Source of the DNA: an uncultured Actinomycetota bacterium
GTDB taxonomy: Bacteria; Actinomycetota; Acidimicrobiia; Spongiisociales; UBA5794
Direction: 5' to 3'
Length of the DNA stretch: 64,000 nucleotides
NCBI GenBank assembly: GCA_963836085.1
Contig: CAWIHT010000014.1
Span: 296,773-360,772, forward strand
The notes below the pieces were generated by a model. That model searched no databases and had not been told where the DNA came from. It saw nothing but the letters and a program-made list of their open reading frames with translations. The position numbers were made by a program, and so were the translations under genes. Numbering within the stretch: position 1 is the first letter of the stretch; each line of letters begins with the position of its first letter. Positions 1 through 9,751 of the stretch are shown here, in pieces.

Positions 1-600
1 TGCACGGACATCGATCGGCATCTGACCGACGGACTGACAGGCGTCGAGCAGGTAGGGGATACCGTGGGCGTTCGCGACCCGTCCGACCTCGGCAGCCGGG
101 TTCACGAGTCCGCTGTTGGTGGGGACATGGTTGATCGCGATCAGTCGCACCCGATCGTCGATCATCGCGTCGAGCACATCGACATCGATCTCGCCCGTCT
201 GGCGACTCGGAACGACCTCCACCGACGCACCCGATCGCCTCGCCACCTGCACGAACGCGATGACGTTGGATGCATACTCGCTCTCGGTGGTAAGGATGCG
301 ATCGCCGGCACGGAACGTCATGGCACTGAACGCAAGATCCCAGGCACGGGTGGCGCTGTCGACCAACGCGATCTCCGACCGATCGGCGCCGACGAGTTCG
401 CCCAGCGTGCCGTACACCGCCTGCAGGTCGTCACGGTGTGCCTCGGCGACCTCGTATCCCCCGAGGCGAGCCTCCTCGTTGAGGTAGCCGACGATCGTGT
501 CGAGGACCGGTTGAGGTGGCAGCGACGCGCCGGCGTTGTTGAAGTGGGTCACGAATGCGGCACCGGGCGTTTCGGCCCGCACCGATGTGAGATCGATCAT
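1..600 (-). CDS. Class V aminotransferase / cysteine desulfurase-like PLP enzyme; partial, 3' end lies outside the window.
   Basis: Minus-strand translation from the ATG at 600 reads MIDLTSVRAETPGAAFVTHFNNAGASLPPQPVLDTIVGYLNEEARLGGYEVAEAHRDDLQ..., which resembles SufS/CsdA-family N-termini. The +strand ORFs 64..663 and 116..487 are antisense artefacts. Confidence 0.7.
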   Translation of the reverse strand, partial: MIDLTSVRAETPGAAFVTHFNNAGASLPPQPVLDTIVGYLNEEARLGGYEVAEAHRDDLQAVYGTLGELVGADRSEIALVDSATRAWDLAFSAMTFRAGDRILTTESEYASNVIAFVQVARRSGASVEVVPSRQTGEIDVDVLDAMIDDRVRLIAINHVPTNSGLVNPAAEVGRVANAHGIPYLLDACQSVGQMPIDVRA

Positions 601-620
601 GGCCGCGACGCTAGCGGCGG

Positions 621-1564
621 GTGCTTGTCGAATCCGGTCATCGGCGCGACGATGCCATTGTGACGCTTCAACGCATTGCAGTTCTCGCCGTGACCATGGT
701 CGTCGTGACGGCCGGGTGCGGCGACTCCGAGCAGGAGGCGGCGACGCCCGACACGGAACCCTCGACGAGTTCGACGACCTCCTCGACCACAACCACGGTC
801 CCGACGACCACCACCACAGCGGTACCCAGCACACCACCACGACTGCGACGACGACCTCGACCACAACGACCACTGTTGCCACAACCACAACGACCAACGA
901 TCCGTCTCCGGGCACGGTCGGCGGACTCACGGTGGCAATCGGCGGCGGAAGCGGCGAGGTGATCCCCGAGTGGGATCGGGGGTCCGAGACCGACCTCAGC
1001 CTGTATCGGCTCTGGTACTCGGACGACCCGGGCGCCTCGAAGACACTCCTGGCCGAGATTCCGCATGACACGGCTTCGCTCCCTGCCCCGGCCTACAACG
1101 CCGGCGGTGGCCGCACCGCCTACGTCGACCTCAGAGCGCAGGAGGAGGGCAAACACTGCTACCAGGTCTCGGCCGTCGACACGGGCGGCAACGAAGGTTC
1201 GCGCAGCGGTGAGGAGTGCCTTCCCACGACACCACCTGCGACGCCATCCGGGTTCACGGTGGGATCCGGGGGCGGCAGCGGTGAGGTGATGATCTACTGG
1301 ACCCGGGTCTCCGACCCGAACGCCGTGGCCTACCGCCTCTGGTTCTCGGAGCTTTCCGGCGGTGCGAAGTCACTCCTGAACACGATCGCCCACGCAACGT
1401 CCTCGATCTCCGGACCTGCCTATGACATGGGCGGCGGTCAGACCGCCTACATCGACTTCCCGCGAGCGATCGAGAACGGTGTGAACTGCTATCAGGTCTC
1501 AACGGTCGACGCCGGCGGCAACGAGAGCCCGAGAACGAGCGAGGCCTGCCTGTCCGGTCTCTAG
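621..1564 (+). CDS. Secreted lipoprotein: Thr/Ser-rich linker followed by two tandem ~105-aa FN3-like domains. An apparent frameshift sits inside the Thr-rich linker (about 790-900).
   Basis: The frame starting at 621 gives a signal peptide and lipobox (IAVLAVTMVVVTAGC) then a poly-Thr region. The frame starting at 536 continues poly-Thr then two homologous domains, each with GGGSGEV..YRLW(Y/F)S..PAY..GGG.TAY.D..CYQVS.VD.GGNE..E.CL. The two frames are +1 apart. Confidence 0.5.
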
Positions 1565-1571
1565 CGTCGGG

Positions 1572-2009
1572 TCAGAGTCCCAACCGGTCGAGGAGATCGA
1601 GCATCGTCGGCGTGAGCGGCATCGCACGAACCTCGTCGAGCGGGACCCATCGGGCCTCGGCGGCATCGTCGCCGGCCCTGAGTTGTCCCCCGATCCTGAT
1701 CGCGGCGAAATCGACGACGGTGTAGTGGTAGGCGGGTGGTTGGGCGGGATCCAGGATGTCGCCGGCCCACACTAGATCTCCGACCTCGACGATGAGACCG
1801 GTCTCCTCAAGCGTCTCCCTTGCGGCTGCCTCGCGCATTGTCTCGCCGCGCCGCTGCCGCCCACCAGGGATTGCCCAGTGGTCGACGTAGGCCCCGCGGC
1901 CGCGCCGGACCAGCAGCAGCATGCCATCTTCGACAATAACGGCTCCGACCCCCGGTGTTGGATGGGACTCGTGCACGCCGTCACACACCTGCGGTTGAGC
2001 GGGCGGCAT
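1572..2009 (-). CDS. NUDIX hydrolase
   Basis: Nudix box GGRQRRGETMREAAARETLEETGL (GX5EX7REUXEEXGU). The start is uncertain: M at 2033 or 2009, overlapping the znuB 3' end. Confidence 0.8.
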   Translation of the reverse strand: MPPAQPQVCDGVHESHPTPGVGAVIVEDGMLLLVRRGRGAYVDHWAIPGGRQRRGETMREAAARETLEETGLIVEVGDLVWAGDILDPAQPPAYHYTVVDFAAIRIGGQLRAGDDAAEARWVPLDEVRAMPLTPTMLDLLDRLGL

Positions 2010-2844
2010 CGTCGAGTCTGCGCTCGCGGACACTCGCTGCGATGTTTCTCGAGGTGAGGACTGCGAAGAACAGCACGATCGGCACCACCGCCATCGTGGC
2101 CGAACCCGACGTGTTGGCGTGATACGAGATGATCAAGCCCGCCACCACGGAGAAGATTCCAATCAGAGCGGCGACCACCATCATCGCCGGGACCTTGCGT
2201 ACGAGCAGCGCCGCCGTTGCCGGCGGCCCGACGAGCAGGCCGAAAACCAGCAAGGTGCCAACCGTCTGGAAAGACCCGACGATCGATAGGACGACAAGCG
2301 CCAGGAGGAGCACGTGAGTGGCCCTGGGATGGAGTCCATAGAGGGAAGCCTTCTGCTCGTTGAACGACAACACCAGGAAACTGCGGTAGAAGACCACGGA
2401 GGCCACCACCGCGATAACGGTGATCACGGCGAGGACCACAAGGTCGGTAGTGGTGACGCCGAGCACATCACCGAAGAGAATGGCCGTGAGGTTCCCGCTG
2501 TAGGCGCTCGATTTCGAGATGAGGATCACGCCGAGTCCGAGCATTCCAACGAACAGCAAGCCGATTCCTGTGTCTTCCGAGAACGTCGTCTGCCGGTGGA
2601 CGAGATTGATCCCCCAGATCATCACCAGTGCCGCGATCGCAGCACCGAGCAACGGACTGAAGCCGAACAGGATGGCGAGCGCGATCCCCGGGATCACGCC
2701 GTGGACGAGTGCGTCACCGAGAAAGGTCATGCCTCGGATCACCACCCAGGTCCCAACGACGGACGTCGTCAGCGCCGCGAGCGATCCTGCCAGCAGTGCT
2801 CGCTGCTGGAATGCCAGTTCGAAAGGGGCGGTCAGCCAATCCAT
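1981..2844 (-). CDS. znuB: Metal (zinc/manganese) ABC transporter permease, ABC-3 / ZnuB-TroC family
   Basis: 287-aa polytopic membrane protein, MDWLTAPFELAFQQRALLAGSL... typical of ZnuB. Adjacent to znuA and to zur-znuC. Confidence 0.85.
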   Translation of the reverse strand: MDWLTAPFELAFQQRALLAGSLAALTTSVVGTWVVIRGMTFLGDALVHGVIPGIALAILFGFSPLLGAAIAALVMIWGINLVHRQTTFSEDTGIGLLFVGMLGLGVILISKSSAYSGNLTAILFGDVLGVTTTDLVVLAVITVIAVVASVVFYRSFLVLSFNEQKASLYGLHPRATHVLLLALVVLSIVGSFQTVGTLLVFGLLVGPPATAALLVRKVPAMMVVAALIGIFSVVAGLIISYHANTSGSATMAVVPIVLFFAVLTSRNIAASVRERRLDDAARSTAGV

Positions 2845-2881
2845 GCGACCGATACGGTACAGCGGCGGGGTGGGCGCCTGT

Positions 2882-3835
2882 TCACGGGGTTCCGAGTGCT
2901 TCCGCGATCCGGCTGACGTTCGTTGTGAGCATTCCGATCAGCGTGTCGCCATCGGTGCCCGACTCACCGAGCGAACCGGTGTACAACTCAACCACCGCGA
3001 CGTCGTAGCCGACCTCGGCAGCGACGGCCTGGGCGAGGGCGTCCGGCTCGATCGTCTCGGTGAAAATTGCAGGCACCTGTTCACGTTCGATGATGTCGAC
3101 GAGCGAAGCCAATTCTGCGGATGATGGGTTGGCGAGCGACGCGCCGCCCGGGATCACGGTCCCGATCATCTCGAACCCGTAGAGGTCGGAGAAATAGCCG
3201 AGCGACAGATGGTTGGTCACCAGTCTCCGATCGGTGACCGACACCACGGCCAACTGCTCGACGCTCTGGCTGTGCAACGCTTCGAGTTCGGCGGCGTACT
3301 CGTCTGCTGCCGCGGACCAGTCGACGTCCGGTGCGACTTCGGAGAGGTGTTCCGACATCAGCCCGGCGGCCGCAGCGACCCGGAGTGGGTCAAGCCAGAA
3401 GTGCGGGTCGAGGCTCCCGTGCTCGTGGCCGTCCTCGTCCTCGTGGCCGTCCTCCTCGTCGTTGTCGGCGGTGGCGAACAGCAGCGGGTCGAGATCGGCT
3501 GCGACCTCCCACACGAGCACCCCGTCGCTCTCTACCGCTTCGAGCACGTCGTGCAGTCCGGCCTCGAGTCCGAGGCCGTTCGCAACGACGAGATCAGCCC
3601 GCTGGATGGCTGCCACCTGCTGAGAGGACGGCTGGAAGTCGTGGGGGTTCACGCCGACGGGCATCAGGACTTCAACGTCTGCATTGTCGCCAGCGACGTT
3701 GCGGGCGATGTCGCCGAGAATCGTGGTCGTCGCAACGATCTGCACGGTGCTATCGGTTCCGTCATCGCTTGCACAACCGGTCAACAGAGCGGCGACCGAA
3801 CCAGCAATGACCACCAGAATCGCAACGCGTCGCAT
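2882..3835 (-). CDS. znuA: Metal ABC transporter substrate-binding lipoprotein (ZnuA/TroA family) with an acidic His-rich loop
   Basis: Signal peptide and lipobox LLTGC; the cluster-9 SBP fold; a His/Asp/Glu-rich loop DNDEEDGHEDEDGHEHGSLDPHFW typical of zinc-specific ZnuA. Confidence 0.85.
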   Translation of the reverse strand: MRRVAILVVIAGSVAALLTGCASDDGTDSTVQIVATTTILGDIARNVAGDNADVEVLMPVGVNPHDFQPSSQQVAAIQRADLVVANGLGLEAGLHDVLEAVESDGVLVWEVAADLDPLLFATADNDEEDGHEDEDGHEHGSLDPHFWLDPLRVAAAAGLMSEHLSEVAPDVDWSAAADEYAAELEALHSQSVEQLAVVSVTDRRLVTNHLSLGYFSDLYGFEMIGTVIPGGASLANPSSAELASLVDIIEREQVPAIFTETIEPDALAQAVAAEVGYDVAVVELYTGSLGESGTDGDTLIGMLTTNVSRIAEALGTP

Positions 3836-3845
3836 TCTCGACTCC

Positions 3846-3862
3846 TTGCACTAAATGAGAAT
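3846..3862. promoter_or_regulatory. Candidate Zur box in the znuA / zur-znuC divergent intergenic region
   Basis: AT-rich near-palindrome ATGAGAATGATTCCTAT in a 38-bp gap between divergent genes in a GC-rich genome. It resembles the actinobacterial Zur consensus (TGAAAATGATTTTCA-like). Confidence 0.4.
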
Positions 3863-3873
3863 GATTCCTATTA

Positions 3874-4338
3874 TTGAATGAACGCTATCACCGGGCGTCA
3901 CTAATGCAACATCTTGAACAGACCGTCGATCACCACCTCGCCGCTGCGGGCGTTCGCTTCACCAGGGGCAGGCGGGTGACCGTTCAGGTCATTGCCGAGG
4001 CAGGTGGTCCGAGGACCGCTGCAGAGATCCAGGCCGAGATCGGCGATGCCCTCCCCCTCTCTTCCCTGTACCGGTCGCTCTCGGTGCTCACCGACTCGGG
4101 GGTGCTCGTCGCCCAGCATGATTCCGGCGGCATCATGCGGTTCGAACTGGCTGAATGGCTCGCCGGACATCACCACCACTTCGTATGCGTATCGTGTGGG
4201 ACCGCCGTCGACGTGACACCGAATCCCGAACAGGAGCACGCCATCGAGAGACTCATCGAGGAGATGGCGTCCGCCAACGGGTTCGCCGTGACCGGGCACC
4301 GATTCGAGATCGAAGGCCGGTGCAACTCGTGCCGTTGA
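3874..4338 (+). CDS. zur: Fur-family zinc uptake regulator
   Basis: 154 aa with the Fur fold and metal-site motifs HHHFVCVSCG...C..C at the C-terminus. Co-transcribed with znuC, divergent from znuA. Confidence 0.85.
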   Translation: MNERYHRASLMQHLEQTVDHHLAAAGVRFTRGRRVTVQVIAEAGGPRTAAEIQAEIGDALPLSSLYRSLSVLTDSGVLVAQHDSGGIMRFELAEWLAGHHHHFVCVSCGTAVDVTPNPEQEHAIERLIEEMASANGFAVTGHRFEIEGRCNSCR

Positions 4339-5180
4339 GGAAAGCGGCCGTCGTGGTTGACGAGGCATCGTTCCGCTACGGATCGACGACCGCGGTCGCG
4401 CCATCGTCCGCCGAGATCCCCGAGGGCAGCATCACCGCCATCATTGGCCCAAACGGGTCGGGAAAGTCAACGATGCTGAACGGCATCGCCGGCCTGATCG
4501 CTCCGTCGACCGGTTCGATCACGACGATGCCCGTCGGCGACCGGTTGAGGCGGTTGGCCTACGTGTTGCAGTCCACCCGCGTGAACGAGTCCCTGCCGAT
4601 CACCGTGCGCGAGGTCGTCACGATGGGGAGATACCCATCGACAGGTCCCTACCGCCGGCTTCGCGGCGACGACCGGTCGGCCGTCACAGCCGCCATGGAG
4701 CGGATGAAGATCGCCAGCCTCGCCGACCGGCACCTCACCGAACTCTCCGGGGGTCAGCGCCAACGGGTCTTCGTCGCACAGGGCCTCGCTCAGGATCACG
4801 ACATGTTGCTGCTCGACGAGCCGCTGACCGGACTGGACATCACCTCGGCGCAGGCCATCGACGACGTCATTCACGAGGAACAGGCCGACGGGTGCACGAT
4901 CGTCCAGACGACCCACGACCTCACCGCGGCACAGGTTGCCGACTACGTGGTCCTGATGTCGGGGAGGATCGTGGCGTCTGGTCCGCCGAAGGCCGTTCTC
5001 ACCGAAGACAATCTGCGGGCCGCATACGGGCCGAGCCTGATCCACATGAAGGACACCCGTCTCTTCCTGGACGATCCGGCCCACCAGCACCCGACCGAGC
5101 GGCACGAGCACCAGGATCGATCGATCCATCTCGAGGTATCGCCGACCGATCGACATGCCGGAGACGCGGCGGTCGACTGA
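4329..5180 (+). CDS. znuC: Zinc ABC transporter ATP-binding protein with a His-rich C-terminal tail
   Basis: Walker A GPNGSGKST, signature LSGGQRQR, Walker B LLLDEP. A GTG start at 4329 overlaps the zur stop. The tail HQHPTERHEHQDRSIH is rich in His. The ORF-track start at 4155 is an upstream over-extension. Confidence 0.85.
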   Translation: MPLRKAAVVVDEASFRYGSTTAVAPSSAEIPEGSITAIIGPNGSGKSTMLNGIAGLIAPSTGSITTMPVGDRLRRLAYVLQSTRVNESLPITVREVVTMGRYPSTGPYRRLRGDDRSAVTAAMERMKIASLADRHLTELSGGQRQRVFVAQGLAQDHDMLLLDEPLTGLDITSAQAIDDVIHEEQADGCTIVQTTHDLTAAQVADYVVLMSGRIVASGPPKAVLTEDNLRAAYGPSLIHMKDTRLFLDDPAHQHPTERHEHQDRSIHLEVSPTDRHAGDAAVD

Positions 5181-5207
5181 ACCCTGCGCAAGGCAGAGCC
5201 GCGGTAG

Positions 5208-6275
5208 TCAGGCCGATGCGACCTGAGCCTTGCCCACCTTCGCCTTGTAGAAGAGGTACGTGCCGATCCCGATGAACACCTGTGGGAAGTAGGTGAGCGC
5301 CCGCCACACCATGACCGCGGCCAGTGCATCGTTGTTGACAGCGCCGAACCCCACCAGGATGCTGGTGATCACGGCATCGGTGGTTCCCAGGCCCCCGGGG
5401 GGCAGCGGGATGAACGTCGTGAGTCGCCCGAATGCGAAGGCAGCGAACGCCTCGAGGAACGTCACCGGTGCGTTCTCGGCGCCCTGGATGGCGAAGATCG
5501 CCGCCCAGAGGATCAGAAACTGCATGAACTGTTGGAGATAGCTGGTTCCGGTGATCCTGAGCCAGCCTTGGCTGACCACGTCGACCGTTGATGACCGGAA
5601 CTTCAGGACCTCGTCGACGACGCTGAAGGTGGGCTCCTTCTTGAACAGGCCGTACGCCCATCTGACAGCGCTGTCGCCCCATCGCCCGATCCTTCGGGCC
5701 GTATCCGGGCTCTTGAGAATCGCAGCGACCAACAGGACCACAGCGACAATGGCGGCCAACCCAATGAGGGCAACGACGAACGCCATGCCCTGGGCCTGTC
5801 CGATGAGAACGAGCCCGACGGCGGCAAAGATCGGCAGGCTGAGAGTGACGAACGTGTTCCAGGCGCTGACGATCCCGATACCGGCCGTCGACTCCGCCGG
5901 ACCGATCTTGTAGAAGTGAAGCATGGCGTACTGGACCGCGATGCCGAATGCGCCACCCAGCGGGATGACGTTGCTGATCATGAACGAAGTCTGACGGATG
6001 ATGAACGCCGGCTTGTACTTGAGGCCCGGCAGCGCAGCCTGATACGGCCAGACGTAGGCGATCACGTTGAAGACGGTCATGAGGAACAAGATGCCGAGAG
6101 CCACGGCCGACATGGCCTGGATTGCTGCCCAGGCATCGTCGTAGTCGCCGAACTGCGGCAGCACGATGCCGAACACGAGCACCAGCACGATGATCGTGAT
6201 GATCCCGCCGACGATGGTCTTGGTCTTGCTCGACTTCTGCGGAGCAGGAGGCGCTGCTGGTTGCTCGGTCGTCAT
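5208..6275 (-). CDS. Lysylphosphatidylglycerol-synthase TM-domain (flippase-like, UPF0104) membrane protein
   Basis: Polytopic membrane protein with the conserved PLPPGGLGTTDAVI motif. Real start is the ATG at 6275 (MTTEQPAAPP...). The ORF-track extension to 6731 reads through a repeat element. Confidence 0.65.
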   Translation of the reverse strand: MTTEQPAAPPAPQKSSKTKTIVGGIITIIVLVLVFGIVLPQFGDYDDAWAAIQAMSAVALGILFLMTVFNVIAYVWPYQAALPGLKYKPAFIIRQTSFMISNVIPLGGAFGIAVQYAMLHFYKIGPAESTAGIGIVSAWNTFVTLSLPIFAAVGLVLIGQAQGMAFVVALIGLAAIVAVVLLVAAILKSPDTARRIGRWGDSAVRWAYGLFKKEPTFSVVDEVLKFRSSTVDVVSQGWLRITGTSYLQQFMQFLILWAAIFAIQGAENAPVTFLEAFAAFAFGRLTTFIPLPPGGLGTTDAVITSILVGFGAVNNDALAAVMVWRALTYFPQVFIGIGTYLFYKAKVGKAQVASA

Positions 6276-6295
6276 GCCGGCGAGTGTAGCCCTGG

Positions 6296-6512
6296 ACGTC
6301 TCCCCTTCAGGGGGGAAGGCGAAGACACTCTTCGTCTCCCCCGCCACCAGGTGGGGGAGACGCGATCGAGCGACTGCTCGATCGCAGAGGGGCCACCTCA
6401 CCACACGGCAGGCCTCATCTTGGCGGTTCGATCTCCCAGAGCCCCCTCCGCTGCGCTCCGGCCTGGCGGCCGGTGCTCGCGCCTCCCCCACTTCGTAGGA
6501 GAGGCGAGGAGT
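6296..6512 (-). repeat. Composite GC-rich palindromic repeat element (full unit, reverse orientation) of the family also found at 18.0, 27.7, 47.5-48.7, 52.0 and 61.7-62.1 kb
   Basis: Contains the reverse complement of hairpin modules gcgatcgagc-N-gctcgatcgc, gtctccccc-N-gggggagac and cctctcccacg..cgtgggggagg, the ccggccgccaggccgg hairpin, and the closing inverted repeat ccccctctgc/gcagaggggg. Confidence 0.7.
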
Positions 6513-6519
6513 CGGACCT

Positions 6520-7410
6520 CTAGCTGCCGACTTCGATCCCGGACATCTTCTCCAGGGCTTTGACCAAGGCGTGGTTGCCTTCTGCGCCGAGGCCTTCGTT
6601 CTGGAGGGCCCGGTAGAGCTGGAAGACGAGGGCCGTCCCGGGGATCGGGGTTCCCGCAGCGTCTGCCGCCTCGAGAGCGAGACGCAGGTCCTTCTGCTGG
6701 AGATCGATGGTGAAACCGGGCCGCCAATCACGTTCGATCATCTGCGGACCGCGGTTCGCGAGCATCCACGAACCCGCGGCGCCACCCTTGACGGCGTCGA
6801 GCGTTGCCGAGAGGTCGAGACCGGCCGCCTGAGCGAACAGGAGCGCCTCGGACACCGCGAGTTGGTTCACCACGACGAGGATCTGATTGACGATCTTCAC
6901 CTGCTGGCCGGCGCCGACCGGTCCTACGTGGGTGATCGTCGTCCCGAACGCCTCCATGGCTGATGTCGCACGGGCGACGTCCTCGTCCGATCCGCCGACC
7001 ATGATCGAGAGCGTGCCCTTCGCCGCACCTTCGGAGCCGCCACTCACGGGGGCGTCGATCCACGCGCCACCGAGAACCCGAACTTCTTCTGCAAATTCGA
7101 CGGTTGCACCCGGGCTGATCGTCGAATGATCGACGACCAGCGATCCCTCGGAAATCCCTGCAAGCAGACCGTCTTCGCCATGAAGAACAGCGTCGACATC
7201 AGGCGTGTCCGAAACGCAGATCATCACAACCGAGCAGCGCCTGGCCACGTCGGCGGGCGAGTCCCCCGCCATGGCTCCGACCCCGACCAGCGGCTGCATC
7301 TTGGATCCAGTCCGATTCCACACCACAACGGTATGGCCCTTCTCTACGAGGTTCCTCGCCATTCCGGACCCCATGATCCCAAGCCCGACGAACCCGATCT
7401 GCTCCGACAT
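6520..7410 (-). CDS. NAD(P)-dependent oxidoreductase, 3-hydroxyisobutyrate / tartronate-semialdehyde reductase family
   Basis: MSEQIGFVGLGIMGSGMARNLVEKGH Rossmann N-terminus and a 6PGD-like C-terminal domain. Real start is the ATG at 7410; the ORF-track N-terminal extension is non-coding. Confidence 0.85.
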   Translation of the reverse strand: MSEQIGFVGLGIMGSGMARNLVEKGHTVVVWNRTGSKMQPLVGVGAMAGDSPADVARRCSVVMICVSDTPDVDAVLHGEDGLLAGISEGSLVVDHSTISPGATVEFAEEVRVLGGAWIDAPVSGGSEGAAKGTLSIMVGGSDEDVARATSAMEAFGTTITHVGPVGAGQQVKIVNQILVVVNQLAVSEALLFAQAAGLDLSATLDAVKGGAAGSWMLANRGPQMIERDWRPGFTIDLQQKDLRLALEAADAAGTPIPGTALVFQLYRALQNEGLGAEGNHALVKALEKMSGIEVGS

Positions 7411-7551
7411 CCACAGCCTCCGTATCTGGTGGCTCTCGACGGTACTCACTCCCGGGGCACCAAATGCGCTGGTTCGGCCTGCTCCACCATCACAATGGCG
7501 CCGCATCCGCCGTGACAGATCGACGGCGGGCGACGCCCGATAGGAGATTCC

Positions 7552-8683
7552 ATGTCGAAGGACAGCACAAGGCCGGTCATGCGAATTCAGTTGACCGGGA
7601 AGTCGATCTGGCAGGTCATCGGCGCCGTGCTGCTCACCCTCGGTCTGCTCTGGGCCATGGGGCAGATGCGCAGCCTGCTGTGGATGCTCATCCTGTCGTT
7701 CTTCTTCAGCCTCGCGCTCCAACCGGGCGTGAACTGGTGCGTCCAGCGTTTCGGGTGGCGCCGGGGATCGGCCGTGGGCGCGATCTACGGAATCGGCTTC
7801 CTCGGTGGCGGGCTCATGATCCTCATCCTCATTCCCGCAATCGCAGAACTCGCCCAGACCATCGGCGAGAGCGGCAGCGAATGGATCGCCAACGGAAGCG
7901 CATGGTTGTCGGATACGTTCGGCGTCGAGTTCCCGTCTCCCGGTACCGGAGATGACGTAGCCCAGAGCACCAGTCAGATCGTCGAGGACTGGGCGAAGGG
8001 AGCGATCGGCAACCTGGTCGGCATCGCGACCATCCGGCGTCGCGTTCATTTTCAACGTCGCGACGATTGCGATGTTCACGTTCTACTTCACCGCAGACGC
8101 CCCGCGATTTCAGCGGACCGTACTCTCGCACATGAGTCCCGATTCGCAGCAGCGGGTTGGCTGGACGTGGGATGAGGCGATTAAGCAGACAGGCGGTTAC
8201 TTCTACTCCCGCACGCTGCTCATGCTCATCAACAGCACCGGGTTCTTCTTCACCATGGTCCTGGTTGGCATGCCGGTGTCGATCGCCCTGCCGCTCGCGG
8301 CCTTCGGCGGATTCGTATCGGTGTTCATCCCGGCGATCGGCACCTACATCGGAGCCGCCATCCCCATCCTGCTCACGCTAGCGATCCAGGGATGGGGCGC
8401 CGCCCTCGTGGTGCTCGGGTATGCGCTCGTCTATCAGCAGATCGAGAACTACTGGCTGAGCCCGGCTATCAGTTCCAAGACCATGGCCCTCAATGGGGCG
8501 GTCGCATTCGGAGCGGCGCTCGCGGGTGGTGCCATCGCCGGCCCGATGGGTGCATTCATGGCGCTGCCGGTGGCGGCGCTCGTCATGTCGTTCGCTTCGA
8601 ACTTCACGAAGAGCTACGACGTCGTCTACCACAGCCCGAACGACGACAGCCCGGCAGACGAGTGGTCCGAGGCATCAACCTAG
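7552..8683 (+). CDS. AI-2E family transporter (PerM/YhhT-like); one apparent frameshift near 8030
   Basis: ORFs 7552..8175 and 8072..8683 are the N and C halves of a PF01594-like permease. They join by a single-base shift near GIAT/SGVAFIFNVATIAMF. Confidence 0.65.
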
Positions 8684-8782
8684 ATCGAGCAGCAGCCACC
8701 AAGCAGCGGCACGCGGTTCTGACGTCCGGAATCGGCGCAGCACCGAATGTGTTACAAGTACCCGACACCATGAGGAGATGCC

Positions 8783-9751
8783 GTGCCTGCTGTGACCGTC
8801 GACGACACGCTCGTCCTACCCCGAATCGATTCCGGCGCTCCCGATTCGACCGATCGTCCCGTGCGATCCGTGACGACGGGACCGACCGGTTTCGAAGGCG
8901 AGGGATTCCCGGTGCGTCGCGCGTTTGGTGGCGTTGACCTGGCTGATCTCGACCCGTTCATCCACCTCGACCAGATGGGTGAGGTCGAGTATGCGCCGGG
9001 TGAGCCGAAGGGCACGTCGTGGCACCCCCACCGGGGCTTCGAAACCGTCACCTACATGATCGACGGCACGATGGAGCATCAGGACTCGCACGGCGGCGGA
9101 GGGGTCATCACCAACGGGGACACGCAGTGGATGACCGCCGGCTCTGGGATTCTCCACATCGAGGCGCCTCCCGAGAAATTGGTCGTCAGCGGAGGACTGT
9201 TCCATGGTTTCCAACTGTGGGTGAATCTCCCGCGAGCCGACAAGTTCCTTGCGCCGCGATATCAGGACCTCAGCGCCGAGCGGGTCACGCTGCTCACCAC
9301 CCGGGACGGGGGAGCATTGGTGCGCCTCATCGCAGGAGACCTCGCCGGCCATCGTGGCCCTGGAGCCACGCACACGCCGATGACGATGTTTCACGCGACC
9401 TTGAGCCCCGGCGCTCGTCTCGAGGTTCCCTGGCGTCACGACTTCAACGCGCTCGCGTATGTGCTGAACGGCCGCGGTTCTTTCGGCGCGGAGCAGCGGC
9501 CGGCCGAGCCGGGGAATCTTGCGGTCTTCGGTGCTGGAGAGAGCGTGACGATCAGCGCCAGCGAGATACAGGAGTCGCGGAGCGCCGACATGGATGTGCT
9601 CGTGCTCGGCGGATTGCCGATCAGGGAACCGATTGCCTGGGCAGGTCCGTTCGTGATGAACACGCAAGCTGAACTGGTGACTGCATACGAGGACTATCAG
9701 GCCGGCCGCCTCGGCCAGATCCCACACCGTGGGATCGGAGGATTCGCCTAG
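8783..9751 (+). CDS. Pirin family protein (bicupin)
   Basis: HPHRGFETVTYMIDGTMEHQDS.GG motif and pirin N/C cupin domains; 322 aa. Confidence 0.9.
   Translation: MPAVTVDDTLVLPRIDSGAPDSTDRPVRSVTTGPTGFEGEGFPVRRAFGGVDLADLDPFIHLDQMGEVEYAPGEPKGTSWHPHRGFETVTYMIDGTMEHQDSHGGGGVITNGDTQWMTAGSGILHIEAPPEKLVVSGGLFHGFQLWVNLPRADKFLAPRYQDLSAERVTLLTTRDGGALVRLIAGDLAGHRGPGATHTPMTMFHATLSPGARLEVPWRHDFNALAYVLNGRGSFGAEQRPAEPGNLAVFGAGESVTISASEIQESRSADMDVLVLGGLPIREPIAWAGPFVMNTQAELVTAYEDYQAGRLGQIPHRGIGGFA

Noticed and set aside
6415-6440. tRNA-like T-loop sequence ggcggttcgatctccc
   Set aside because: Only a partial resemblance to GGTTCGAATCC. No acceptor/anticodon arms can be built. It lies inside the linker of a repeat element.
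5208-8079. N-terminal extensions of ORF-track entries 5208..6731, 6520..8079 and 54073..56676
   Set aside because: Homology and internal Met/SD positions place the real starts at 6275, 7410 and 56325 respectively. The extensions read through repeat elements or the 3' ends of upstream genes.
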